A program made the position numbers and the translations under genes. The notes below the pieces were generated by a model, which ran no database searches, had not been told where the DNA came from, and saw only the letters and a list, made by a program, of their open reading frames with translations. A stretch of DNA of 64,000 bases from Phoronis australis (Eukaryota; Animalia; Phoronida): contig NMRA01000253.1 in NCBI GenBank assembly GCA_002633005.1, forward strand, positions 445,251 through 509,250, written 5' to 3'. Of the stretch, positions 36,357 to 49,149 are shown piece after piece (the first letter of the stretch is position 1; every line of letters starts with the position of its first letter).

Positions 36357-38651
36357 CTACAATCAGGCAGTGTAAGAAACTCGTTAATAAAATTCGACAA
36401 GCAAAAACCACAACACGCATTGACAACAAACACCAGCTACCTTATGGAATTGTAATTAAGAGCGAAAACTTTATCAAACAGGCCAATTACAAGAGCTGTG
36501 CTCCGTAGACTTATTATTGCTTTGCAAATTCAGTTTCAACGACTTGAAACGTCAGAGTTTGAAACATATAATCTAACGGAGCGTTTAAGTATTTCGAAAT
36601 ATATTCTTGAACGCCAGCAATGGTATCCTCAATTAAGAAGTTCCCTTTCCATTTCACCATGATCTTTGAAACTGTGTGGCTGATACAATGACTAAAATTT
36701 GGAATGGCCAAATATTGATTGCATCTAGATGACGGAATCATCAAGTTTTGTATGGGTACATCGAGGGAGATGGCAAATACATGCAAGTATCTAAGCGTAA
36801 AACTATCAGATTTCCGTCGGCTGGCATAAAAGTGCTTGAACTTTTTGATTTTTTCCACACGTCATGTAACTGTAACCAAAATAAATCCTCTTACATTTCG
36901 CTAACTTTTATGTTCCAATCTCCATGATTTTTTTTCTACCCAGAAACCATGCAACTCTGAGCATGCGTCTAATTGTAAAGAAACATAGGTGCAACTGAGC
37001 ATATATGTGAAACATTTGAGTAGATCTTGCCCTGATTTTTCTACGTCGTATATTGTAGGTGTGCAATGAATATTGTTTTTTCAAAATGCAGCCATTGTTA
37101 ATTAGCATGCAGAAGGAAACTTCTTTTGAATGACGTAGTGCCAAACAAGGTGTACTGTTCGTTTGTCTCGGCAAGATATTTGCAATACATTAAACTGTCT
37201 TCTACTAGTATTTAGAAAATGCTCCAAACTCCTATTTCACCGTGTCATTAATAACGCACCCTGTGTGAAATGTATTATTGTATTTTCAGCTAAACAAGAT
37301 GTATGTAATGTTGGTACATGATGGTTCACCTGCACAACGAGGCTCGTGTGAGCCTAAATGCGGAGTTAAAGCGCATGTATCTACATGTAAAATGTTCGGT
37401 TAAAAAATCTTGCAAATTGAATACTTTAAAGATAGGACAACTGCACTGATTTGCCAAGTGTTGCATTAAATGGTAATCAACATATGTGTGACAGTTATGC
37501 ATGGCTGCATGCTAGAGAGTATCGTGTAATCTTTGTTTTACTGCTAAGATGTCACTTTTGAAGCCACGTGACCACTTTAGTAAAAATGGTTCAAGAGCAC
37601 CATATTGTTAATAATTTCTTATCATTTCAGCGCCTATGTAACTTATTGAACTCACATGAGGCTTGTTTACAAATTGGAAAGTCTATTCATGAACGTGGTA
37701 ACATTGCACGCAAAAATGCACCTAGAAACAGTTGAAATTAAAATCATCGTCATGCAGATTTTCGGCAGAAACATTGTAACTTTTCGTGTCAATATTTCAA
37801 ACCGTTGGTCACATAAAAAGATGAATAACAAAATACACACCAAAATAGTAAATTGCCACTAGGAGATGCAGAGAATTGGGAACCGTGAAAATAAGCACCA
37901 TAGCGGATGTAAACTGTATTCTTCGCAGAAAAACATTTGTGAAATACCAAGTACCTAGACATTTGGTCCACAATGGTTGAGGTTACAATAATGGTATCAA
38001 CGCAGAAACGTTAAACTGATCAGAAGTTTCGCGTAGTCGGGACTGTTCGACAAACAACATAGGCTCTTAGGTTATAACAGGACCTAGCTATAGTATTACA
38101 AGACGATTTTTTAAGAAAGTAAGGCAGTAAATTGAAGGATGTGCAGGAGTAAACCTGCAAAGAACGCACATGGAAGCAGTCAAATTCTCCAGAAAGTTTC
38201 GAGAAAACCATCCGTTGATTCTAACAGACATGCAGATAACTGTAAAAAACGAAGAAATTCACAAAGGCACATATTCGTGATCGTTAAAAGATCAATGACA
38301 TCCAAGTTCTCCTTGCAATAGGTCTAAACTCCGGTAGCCCTTTGCTAACAAACTACATCAAAAGCGCTACGTCATGAACGTCGCCAACCTAACGACTGTG
38401 TCAACGACTACATCGCAACAAGACCAGTCCAATTAAACCCTCCAAGGCATTAGCACATATTGCTCTCGTTTGGATTGCATGCTGCCTGCACTTTTGCGTG
38501 TATCATTTGTTGCAGGTAAAAAATAAAATCCATGGCTTTGGCAGTGCTTGTACCTATCACCAAAATAACCCCATGGAACCGCATAACAAAATAAATATGA
38601 TGCACATTACGTAACAGTTTAGAAAGCCCTGCTAATAATGATTGTACAAAC

Positions 38652-38813
38652 CTGGTGGCGCAGATGGCGTTGTTTCTGACGTTGTTGTTGTCACAGCAGT
38701 GCAATAACCGCAACTTAAAGCACAATTCTCCCTTGCCCATTCTTGATCCTCACCAACACAAGCCCATGCATAGTATTTTTTGCAGTCTTCCCTTTTGTCT
38801 CCACACTCAGTCA
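38652..38813 (-). CDS. Type-1 ShKT exon + linker
   Basis: 162 nt, phase 1-1. VTECGDKREDCKKYYAWACVGEDQEWARENCALSCGYCTAVTTTTSETTPSAPP. Confidence 0.88.
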
Positions 38814-39660
38814 CTACAATCAGGCAGTGTAAGAAACTGGATAACAAGATTCAACAAGCAAAAACCACAACACACATTGACAACAAACACCAGCTACTTA
38901 TAGAATTGTCATTAAGAGCAAAAACCTTATCAAATAGGCCAATAGCAAGAACTGTGCTCCGTAGTCTTATTATTACTTTGCAAATTCAGTTTTTAGGAGT
39001 TGAAACGTCAGATTTTGAATCATATAATCTAACGCAGCGTTTAAATATTTCGAAAAATAATCTTGAACGAAAGTCGACTAATCCTCAATTAAGGAGTTCC
39101 TTTTCCTCTTCACCATGATCTTTGAAACTGTGTGGCTGATAAAATGTCTAAAATTTGGATGGCGAGATACTGATTGCATCTAGATGACGGAATCGTCAAG
39201 TTTATATGGGGACATCGATTGAGTTGGCAAATACATGTACGTATCTAAGCTTAAAACAACCCGACGTCAGTCGGCTGGCACATTAAACCTTTCTGAATTT
39301 TACCCGTTTGGCTCCGTGTTTACAAGATGAGACTTGCCAATTGTTGCAAAGACCGTGTACGCGGTGAAATTCATACCATTTCGACAAGGCATAGTGCCCG
39401 TAGGCCGGACGACCGGACGGAGATGACTACCGTTTTTGCACCCATCTAAACGAAACAACATTTTCTACCGCAAATCATTGATATTGATTTACAAGTGAGA
39501 GGTTGCGAGAGGAAAATTTCACTTAATTAAAATATCGTTTTTATGGAAATTATGCGTCTTATTTTTCATAGCGTATAATTGTCGGTACAATGCCCTTTGC
39601 TGAATATGCGATTGTTGCTCGTGCTCATTTAAGTATTCTATTTTCACGCTCTATGACGTC

Positions 39661-39735
39661 AGCCGCTGAGTGGTGTAGTGGTAAAGTCGGCGACTCTAAA
39701 CTTTTGAGCCCAGGGTTCGATTCCGGTCTCGATTT
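39661..39735 (+). other. tRNA-derived (SINE-head-like) sequence within a unit-specific insertion
   Basis: A-box-like TGGTGTAGTGG and B-box-like GGTTCGATTCC. Stems do not pair into a proper cloverleaf. Confidence 0.4.
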
Positions 39736-40356
39736 CCCGCCAAAATGTTATCTCACTAGTGAGATAACTTTATGGGTTATTTCACGGTTGTATCTGCCAT
39801 TCGAAGCTAACAAGTGGTATAAAGACTGTTTTTAAATGTGACAGAGCTTCACATACATTAATTTCATTATGAAAAATCGGACGTTTGTATATTCCTTTAT
39901 TTTTTATGTCTAAGACAAAGCTAATGGAGACCAGTTGAATATATGGTGACTATATTTTCAGACCTCGCAAATGAGTCTTCTTGCGTAATAGAAACAACTG
40001 TACAAGTATCCTGATATTCTTGCAACATAATGGCCTCTGGCTTTGAAGATGTTAAAGCCGCATCAAAGGTCATTTCTTTCCGGGTGTAACATACAAAAAT
40101 TTGTTCGGTCTGAATTTCAAACGCCTTATTCACATAATTTAGGTGCGACAATTGCAAGTTGACCAAAGTCAACGCGACAAAATATTATCTGTTAAACTCC
40201 ATGAAAACCTGACCAAGAGTTTTTGCAGTAACTAAGGCAAACGCAAAAACATACAACTATGCACAGTCAAAACTGTCCTAAATTCAGCGTCCCGTTAACC
40301 AATAATGTATACCAAAATCGTAAAATTGTCACTTGAGGAACGGTACAAAATGGACA

Positions 40357-41803
40357 TAGTCGGTGGGCCAGATTTTGTAGGGCCTCTAGAAAATGGTTTT
40401 TGTGAGTACTTTAGGGGGGCAATTTTATTTTGGTATTTTTCAATTCATTTATTAGAGTGTTTTCAAAATCTAAAAAGTTCCCACAAATAAAGTTGCACAT
40501 TTTTGAGAAATTTGAGTTTGAAGTTACCTAATAATCACCAAAGAGCTTAGTAAACTTATATTTGTAAAAACAACAGTTTTGGTGACTTTTTTGTAAAACA
40601 AGTAATATGGTCCCATCAGTGCCATTGTATTGAACAATATTACACTCACATTACATGTTTTACTATTGTAAATTAATTGTAAACAGTGAAATTTAAAAAA
40701 CGTAAAGAGACACCTAGTGGCAAAAATNNNNNNNNNNNNNNNNNNNNNNNNNNNNNNNNNNNNNNNNNNNNNNNNNNNNNNNNNNNNNNNNNNNNNNNNN
40801 NNNNNNNNNNNNNNNNNNNNNNNNNNNNNNNNNNNNNNNNNNNNNNNNNNNNNNNNNNNNNNNNNNNNNNNNNNNNNNNNNNNNNNNNNNNNNNNNNNNN
40901 NNNNNNNNNNNNNNNNNNNNNNNNNNNNNNNNNNNNNNNNNNNNNNNNNNNNNNNNNNNNNNNNNNNNNNNNNNNNNNNNNNNNNNNNNNNNNNNNNNNN
41001 NNNNNNNNNNNNNNNNNNNNNNNNNNNNNNNNNNNNNNNNNNNNNNNNNNNNNNNNNNNNNNNNNNNNNNNNNNNNNNNNNNNNNNNNNNNNNNNNNNNN
41101 NNNNNNNNNNNNNNNNNNNNNNNNNNNNNNNNNNNNNNNNNNNNNNNNNNNNNNNNNNNNNNNNNNNNNNNNNNNNNNNNNNNNNNNNNNNNNNNNNNNN
41201 NNNNNNNNNNNNNNNNNNNNNNNNNNNNNNNNNNNNNNNNNNNNNNNNNNNNNNNNNNNNNNNNNNNNNNNNNNNNNNNNNNNNNNNNNNNNNNNNNNNN
41301 NNNNNNNNNNNNNNNNNNNNNNNNNNNNNNNNNNNNNNNNNNNNNNNNNNNNNNNNNNNNNNNNNNNNNNNNNNNNNNNNNNNNNNNNNNNNNNNNNNNN
41401 NNNNNNNNNNNNNNNNNNNNNNNNNNNNNNNNNNNNNNNNNNNNNNNNNNNNNNNNNNNNNNNNNNNNNNNNNNNNNNNNNNNNNNNNNNNNNNNNNNNN
41501 NNNNNNNNNNNNNNNNNNNNNNNNNNNNNNNNNNNNNNNNNNNNNNNNNNNNNNNNNNNNNNNNNNNNNNNNNNNNNNNNNNNNNNNNNNNNNNNNNNNN
41601 NNNNNNNNNNNNNNNNNNNNNNNNNNGTGCATCATATTTTGTGCAACAAAAACACCTTTTTTTAAAAAAATGTGCAAGTGTAGACGTGGGAACTTTTTGG
41701 AATTTGATTTATAGGTATATTATCTAGCCACATAGAAAAAACTAGGTTGCCCCCCCCAAAGTACTCACAAGGATGAACGCTATGAGATCTGGCCCACCGA
41801 CTA
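40357..41803. mobile_element. Academ-like non-autonomous DNA transposon spanning an assembly gap
   Basis: TIR TAGTCGGTGGGCCAGAT...ATCTGGCCCACCGACTA and a 3-bp TSD ACA. The empty site aaatggacagga is present in the paralog at ~19851. TAG...CTA ends with a 3-4-bp TSD fit Academ. Confidence 0.7.
40728..41626. other. Assembly gap (N run)
   Basis: Run of N bases. Confidence 1.
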
Positions 41804-42533
41804 ACAGGACCTAAGGGGCTGTATTCTTTATATCACAATGTACCTAGCAATTTTATTCAAATTGACCGTGGTTCGAAAGGTAAACGCTGAAACTGTGAAT
41901 AGGTCATCGTTGCACACAAGTGTAGTCAAATCTGTCCGAAAGACAATATAAATCATTTTGTTAACAGGCAACTACATATAGAATTCTACGTTGAGACTTT
42001 AAATGAGTAACTCGGTAAATTCAACCAGGCGAAAGAATAAAGTGCATATAGGGGGCATAGCACAAGTCGAGTTCATCTCAAGTTAACGACAGACAAGTTC
42101 TGCTCTGTCAAGTCTGATAACAATCCGTCACCGATAGTAACACACGTAAACATGAAAACTGTCACCCAGTGGACTTATTTAAATTCGTTAAAAATCAACC
42201 CAGTCAAGTTTTCGGTGCAATAAGTCTAAAAATAGAACTATTATCAAAGCCGCAATTTCCTAAATCTCTAGAGTCACTCGACCGTGACTAGCACTAAATA
42301 GCAACGAGGCCACTCTGAGCACCCGCTCAAAAGCAATATTGCATATATTCCTAGGATTCATCTGCATCTGGCTGGACTAGTTCACGCTTAATTTGTTGTA
42401 AGGGAAAATATATAATTCATAACATCGGAATGCTTGCAGATATCGCCAAATAACCCCCAGGAAACACCAGGCCAACTAGAACATAATGCAATGTAGTTAT
42501 CAGCAAAACGTTGCTAATCACATTTGTACAAAC

Positions 42534-42686
42534 CTGGTGGCGCAGATGATGTAGTTGTTGTTGTCACAGCAGTGCAATAACCGCAAAATAAAGCACACTT
42601 ATCTCTTGCCCATGGTGCATAGTCTCCAAAACAAGCCGATGAAGGATAGTCCTTGCAGTTCTCCAGTTTGTCTTCACACTTAGTTA
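42534..42686 (-). CDS. Type-2 ShKT exon + linker
   Basis: 153 nt, TGTAG|...CCAG|GTTTGT. VTKCEDKLENCKDYPSSACFGDYAPWARDKCALFCGYCTAVTTTTTSSAPP. Not in the ORF track. Confidence 0.88.
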
Positions 42687-44033
42687 CTACATAAATACAG
42701 GGTAAAAACTGTTAACAAGCTTGGACAAGCAAAAACCACAACAACCTGATAGAATTACGGTAAAGAGCTAGATCTGTTTCAGAAATGGCCAGATCTGCGC
42801 AGATTCTCACTCCTCTAATCACTTTCTAATTAGTGATATTCGTCATCGCTAATTCCGAATGTCTAACAGAACGTTTGCGTATTTCTTTGAGCTCAAACGA
42901 AACCTGTCAAAAAGGGATATATTCAGATCAGTCCAGACGTCATGAAATTGTCAACAAAATGAATCTTCTTACATTTCGCTACATTTTATGTTCCAATCTA
43001 CATGAATTTCTTTTCTACCGAGAAACCATGCAACTCTGCGCTTACGTCTGATTGTGAAGAAACATTGGTCCAACTGAGCATATAAGTGAAACATTTGAGT
43101 AGATCTTGCCCTGATTTTCCTACATCGTATATTATCTGTGTGCAATGAATATTGTTTTAAAAAGCAGCCATTGTTAATTTGCATGTAGTAGGAAACTTCT
43201 TTTGAATCACGTAGTGCCAAACAAGGTGTACTGTTCGATTGTCTGGGCAAGATATTTGCAATGTACTAAACTGTCTTCTATTAGTATTTAGAAAATGCTC
43301 CAAGCTCTTTATTTCACCGTGTCATTAACCCCGCAGGCTGTGTGAAATGGATTTTTCTATTTTAACTGCACAAGGTGTGTGTAAAATTGGAACATGATGA
43401 TGCGCCTGCACAACGAGACCCGCGTGTGCCTAGTTGCGGAGATAAATCGCATGACCCTACATGCAAAATACTCGGTTAAAAATCTTGTAAATCGCTTTGG
43501 ACCACTGCACTGATTTGCGACGTGTTGCATTAAAGGTAATCAATATGTGTGTGATATTTTCGCATTGCTGCGTTCTACAGATAACCGCGTAACTTTGATT
43601 TACTGCCAAGATGCCGTCGCTTTTGGAGCCACGTGACCACTCAAGTGAGAATGGTTTAAGAGCTCTACATTGTTAATAATTTCTTATGATTTCAGCGCCG
43701 ATGTAACTTACAAAACTCACATGGGGCTTATTTACAAATTTTCAAGTGTATTCATGAACGTGGTAACATGGCAGTGTTGCACTTAATGATAAATAATCAA
43801 ACCTTTGCAGCTGACACTCAAACGTTTTTGAAGAAACTAAGACAAACGCAAAAAAGCACCTAGCAACAGCCGAAATTAAAATCAGCGCCATACAGATTTC
43901 CGGCAGAAACATTCTAACGTTTCGTATCAGTATTTCAAACCGTTGATCAAAAAAGATGGATAACAAAATACACACCAAAATATTCAATTGCCACTTGGAG
44001 GCGCACAGAATTGGGAACCGTGAAAAAAGGCAC

Positions 44034-44202
44034 TGTTGTGTTCGTAGAACCAGTAAAACAACACAGATGAGAGTAAAATATAATACGTCTATTCGCTTGG
44101 AGAACTAATACAAGAAGGGGATGAGCACGTGGCTTGTGGGCATAAATACCACGTGACTATATTCTAAGGAAAACCACAGAGTAGCATTGCCAATACACAA
44201 CA
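44034..44202. mobile_element. Short solo-LTR-like insertion (169 bp)
   Basis: TGTTGTGT...ACACAACA ends and a 5-bp TSD GGCAC. Absent from paralogous units (aagcaccatagcgg). Confidence 0.75.
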
Positions 44203-44962
44203 GGCACCATAACGGATGTAAACTGTATTCTTCACAGAAACACATTTGTGAAATACCAAGTACCTACAAATTTGATCCACAATGATCGAGGTTACAATAA
44301 TGGTATCAACGCAGAAACGTTAAACTGAACACGTGTTTCAAGTAGTGGGGACTGTCCGACAGACAACATAGGCTCTTAGGCTACAACAGAACCTAGCTGT
44401 AGTATTACAAGACGAAACTTTAAGAAAGTAAGGCAGTGAATTGAAGCATGTGTAACAATAAACCAGCAAAGAACGCACATGGAAGCAGTCAAATTCTCTG
44501 GAAAGCTTCGAGAAAACCATCCGTTGATGCTAACAGACATTAAGATAGGTGTAAAAAACGAAGAAATTCACTTCAGCACGTATTCGTGATCGTCAAAAAA
44601 TCAATGGCATCCAAATTCTCCTTGCAATAGGTCTAAACTCCGGTAGCCCATTGTTAACTAACTACATCGAATGCGATATGTCATGAACATCGCCAACCTA
44701 ACGATTGTGGCAACGACTATATCGCAATGAGTCCAGTCCGATTATTCCCTCCTAGGCATTTTAGCACGTATTGCTTTCGTTTGGATAGCAATATGGCTTC
44801 AATTTTGCGTGTATCATTTGTTGTAGGTGAAAAAATGAAATCCATGTCTTTGGAGTACTTGTTCCTATCGCCAAAATAACCACATGGAACCGCATGACAA
44901 ATGAAAAATGATGCACATGATGTCACAGTTTTGAAAACGTTGCTAATCATGAGTGTACAAAC

Positions 44963-45121
44963 CTATTGGCACAGATGTCGTAGTTGCTGTCGATGTTGTT
45001 GTCACAGCAGTGCAATAACCGCAGCTTAAAGCACAATTCTCCCTTGACCATTTTGCACTCTCGCCAACACAACCCCATGCATATTTCTCGCAGTCTCCCC
45101 GTTTGTCTCCACACTCAGTCT
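44963..45121 (-). CDS. Type-1 ShKT exon + linker
   Basis: 159 nt, phase 1-1. ETECGDKRGDCEKYAWGCVGESAKWSRENCALSCGYCTAVTTTSTATTTSVPI. Confidence 0.88.
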
Positions 45122-46773
45122 CTACAACCAGGCAGTGTAAGGTTAAAAAGATTCGACAAGCAAAAACCACAACAAGCATTGACAACAAACACCAGCTACC
45201 TTGTAGAATTGTCATTAAGAGCGTAAACTTAATCAAACAGGCAATTAACAAGAGCTGTGCTCCGCAGTTTTATTATCACTTTGCAAATTCAGTTTCAATG
45301 ACTTGAAACGTCAGATTTTGAAACATAATCTAACGGAGCGTTTAAGTATTTCGAAAAATATTCTTGAACGCCAGCCATCTAAAATCCTAAATTAAGGAGT
45401 TCCCTTTCAATTTCACCATGATCATTCAAACTGTGGGGCTGATACCAAATGACTAAAATTTCAAAGGCGAAATATTGATTGCATCTAGATGACGGAATCT
45501 TCAAGTTTCGTATGAGTACATCGAGGGAGTTGGCAAGTACATGTACGTATCTAAGCGTAAAAGTATCAGAAGTCCGTCGGCTGGCACAAAAGTGCTTGAA
45601 CTTGTCTGATTTTTACCTGTTTGGCCCTGTGTTCACAATTTTGCAGTGACCGGCATGGTGCACGTTGGCCGGACGCTCGCAAGGAGATGACTACCGATGA
45701 TACGTCCATCAACAAAAGGACATTTTCTACCGCAAATCACCGAAATTGAGACCACCCGCTTAGTTTTGGAGATACACCTCATTGCAAACCAAGTGTGCGT
45801 GCCCTATGTAGATCTGAATCGTTGACTACATCGTGCCTTGATTTTGTAACAACGGAAATTGGAGCGCGCTGAATTTTCTTTCAAAAAGTAGGCACTTTAA
45901 TCTACTACAAAGCAAAGTGAATGACGTAGTATCAAATGAACTGTAATTCTTTTTCTTCTTGACAAGAAAGTTTTCTCCTAATCAAGTATCGTTTTGTGGA
46001 ACTCCTACAATTTTGAGTCGACTTAAAATGCGGACTGAGGAAACTTTATTCATGAACCAAAACTAAATTTTGAATAATGGCAACTTGTACAAATATTCTT
46101 GAAAATACTCTATGGTGAATCATTTTAAATGGGTCATACAAAATGGAACTTGGCGCTGTACTTCTCTAACTTGAGGCATTAGGCTCAATAATACTAATTG
46201 ATCGTTTCATCACGAACCTGAAACGAGTCAGATGTCCAACGTTGGAATTTGATTTACTATATACGAATATATTTTAAATGTCTCTTTGTCATCAACAGAT
46301 GTATCTGTAGCATCATGATCACTGTTGAATGACTCATTAAACGGAATAATATCCATTTTCGCTGAATGTACCAATATGATCATGTTTTGGTAGGTTTGAG
46401 CAGAGCTATGAATGGTCACACGTATAAAGTGTATCTTGTAATCTTTATTTTACTACTAAGATGTGGTCACTTTTGGAGCCACGTGACCACACAAGTGAAA
46501 ATTGTTCAAGAGTTCTATATTGTTACTAATCTCTTATAATTTCAGCGCCCATGTCACTTGATCAACTCACATGAGGCTTATTTACAAATTTTAAAGCGTA
46601 TTTTTAAACGTGGAAACATGGCAGTGTTGCACTTAGGCCTAATTAAATCAAAACTCTGAAGGTGACACTCGAAAATTGAAATTGGCATTTGAGCAATAAT
46701 GAACGCGAAACCATGTTTCCCTTCCGCAGAACCGCTCAAGGAAAAGACAAAGACACTATGATTTGAATAATGT

Positions 46774-46840
46774 GTATATATATATATATATATATATACA
46801 AATATATATATATACACACATATATATATATATATATATA
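46774..46840. repeat. Interrupted (TA)n microsatellite
   Basis: TA dinucleotide runs near the right edge of the tandem array. Confidence 0.9.
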
Positions 46841-47228
46841 GATGCGCCTAACATCTCACCGCACAACAGCTTCTAGTCAACAAACACTGAATTAGCATTC
46901 GCTCACACGTGCGGAAGCCCGGTCAACAACATGTAGTTTTCTTGCATCTGAAGCCGGTAACGCAGAATGGTTTATTCATTACTGATTTCTCAAAACAATT
47001 GCATTCACTAATAGTTCAAAGCATTGCAAATTGTATCTACTGGGACAGACTTTTTGACACTTTGTTTCACTTAAATATGAATAATGGTTAGGGGGAGAAT
47101 AATTTATTTTGAAACAGAACATTGTTGGCCGCAGACACGGAGATATTTCACGGCCTCATACTTGGCATTAACTGCGTTCGTTTTTTACTGCCGGGAACCA
47201 CTTCCAACTAGCATTTTATGTTCTTGAT

Positions 47229-48126
47229 TGTCAGAATAAATATTGATTAAGTAATTAGTAAAAATAGATCCATTTTAAGTTGCCCAAAATTTGTGCATAT
47301 GTACTTTTAAATCATGGGGTCAGACTTGTTGACATGTATTTTAACGTCAAAATCTATTTTTAGATGGTGTTTACAACTTTGGGTTCTGGGGTCAAAGTAC
47401 TCTAGAGATTCTAGAATATTCTGAGAACAAATTGTAACAGCCAATAATACGAGTGGATATGATCATGTGGTTTTTATTAGCCAATCACTAAATAAGTAGA
47501 ATGTTATATTATGGGCTGAAATCAGCAAGATAATCAGATGCGCTATAGTAGCTGAAGCATAAGGACTTGCTACAGTGTACAGAAGCAGTTGTACGACAGA
47601 GCCATCTCGTGGAAGATTCTAGAAAGGATCTTGACAAGGGCAAGGGTTAACGAACCGGAAGTTAACTAAGAGCTTGTCACTTGCATTGTGGGTAGTAAGA
47701 TACTACCTGAAGTGTTGCGTCATCAGCCAGAGACTGTGACCAGCAAGAAGAGTCGCGGATAGAAGAAATTGCCTGCAAGTGTTGAATCACCAAAGACGGT
47801 GTCCAGCGAGTATACTGTCGCTATACAGTGTATGTAGTTCGAAGATTCACCAACAGGATAGACATCCAACAAGTGGAGAGTCCTAGCTTGGATAGCAGAT
47901 AAGACATTTGATCGTTTGGTTGTTTGATTAAAGTAATCTTTAAAGACGGCGCTAGCGTAGTTTTTCTTTGTAGTTGATTACTTAATTAACAATAGGTTTC
48001 ATTTGTCGAATTAGGGGTTATCATATAATAAATTAATTACTGGATTTGATTATTCACTCTCCATCTACGCACAACTTCAAAGCATAGCTACCTTTTAAAC
48101 AAACCCACACAGACAATCGTCTGACA
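47229..48126 (+). mobile_element. Solo LTR (898 bp)
   Basis: TGTCAGA...TCTGACA inverted termini and a perfect 5-bp TSD TTGAT (47224-47228, 48127-48131). Strand is a guess. Confidence 0.85.
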
Positions 48127-49122
48127 TTGATGAAATCGAATAAACCATATACTAGCTTTCCTCATAGCTTCATGTGTCGCATAAGCGGCAACGACATGCC
48201 AGGACACACTCAAATGAAGAACCACTAACGTCGCTGCGCCATGTGATCACCTTCCTCTCGGCGACGTGAGATCGACTTTATACGAGGTGATGTGGATATA
48301 GACCGATCAAGACAGTCACAAAAACAAATTATACCGGGTGACTTTCTCCTTTAATGGATGTTTCTGATAGTAGCGTGACCACAGTCTTATTTATTGGGAA
48401 AACGTCCTGTTTCTCTGTATGTATCAATACAGTCATGTTTCGGTACGTGAAAAAAGAACAATGCGTGTCCAACATAGACAAAGACTTGATGTGATATGTT
48501 CAAAACGGTTACTGAAAAACGAACTTAGTCAGTAATTGGTGGATAATGGTCGATGAGAATGGACGTTGTAAATGGAAAGTGCCTGACTAAAGCGTGAAGG
48601 AGAGACATCGGCAGACCTGACCAAGGGCGCGACATGGCATGAATGTTCACTTTTCACTCATTGTCTTACTTTGCAAGGGGATCTGCTTTCATAAGATTAC
48701 TTTCAATCTTCAGGAGTTCAAAACAGTTTGTCGAAATCAAAGCCCCTTTCGATTTTATATTAAAAGGCCACTGTGAACATGTTTATGTTCGACCTATGTA
48801 TCGAAAATGATACATGTACGTGCGTCGCAAGCTGGGTTTCCAGAGAAGAAAAGGATGCCGTATATAGTAGAGCAAAGTCCAATAAAGTTCAGTCAACTAA
48901 AGAAACAAGATTAATTCGCCTAAAATGTTACAGAGCTTTAGATGTATTAATGAATCCTGATAACAGTTACATCAGAAAACTAGCATAAAGCATTAAAATC
49001 ACAATATACGTGTAACGGGCAAGTTACAGCGGACTGGCTTCTTAACACCTTAGTGATGTGAAGAATCAATTAGCTCCTACAGTATTGAACACGATAAATG
49101 CACTTAAGGCCAATATGCTTAC

Positions 49123-49149
49123 CTTTAGTTGTCACAGCAGTGGTCGTTT
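49123..49149 (-). CDS. 27-nt linker micro-exon (ETTTAVTTK)
   Basis: CTTTTCAG| ... AAAG|GTAAGC, phase 1-1. The TAVTT sequence matches the linker that follows the array ShKT domains. Confidence 0.75.

Larger units (their letters stand above)
16625..46700. repeat. Tandem segmental array of a ~5.4-kb unit containing two ShKT exons
   Basis: Long intronic blocks recur colinearly, e.g. aaaagatggataacaaaatacacacc at ~16638, 21966, 29999, 35357, 37817, 43952. Type-1 exon spacings are 5360, 8042 (includes a 2.6-kb LINE), 5356, 2457 (deleted unit) and 6311 (includes an insertion and gap). Confidence 0.92.

Noticed and set aside
39661-39735. Functional tRNA gene
   Set aside because: A and B boxes are present, but the acceptor and anticodon stems do not pair.
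40673-41727. Long ORFs of 334-342 aa
   Set aside because: Artefacts of translating through the N gap; the same applies to the minus-strand ORFs at 54678-55387.
17440-45306. Recurrent plus-strand ORFs (MAQM..., QQCNNRNLKHNS...) over the cassettes
   Set aside because: They are antisense shadows of the ShKT exons, with inconsistent starts and stops among copies.
16625-46700. CRISPR-like or prokaryotic repeat system
   Set aside because: Units are kilobases long with spliceosomal exon boundaries. There is no short repeat-spacer pattern and no cas-like ORF.
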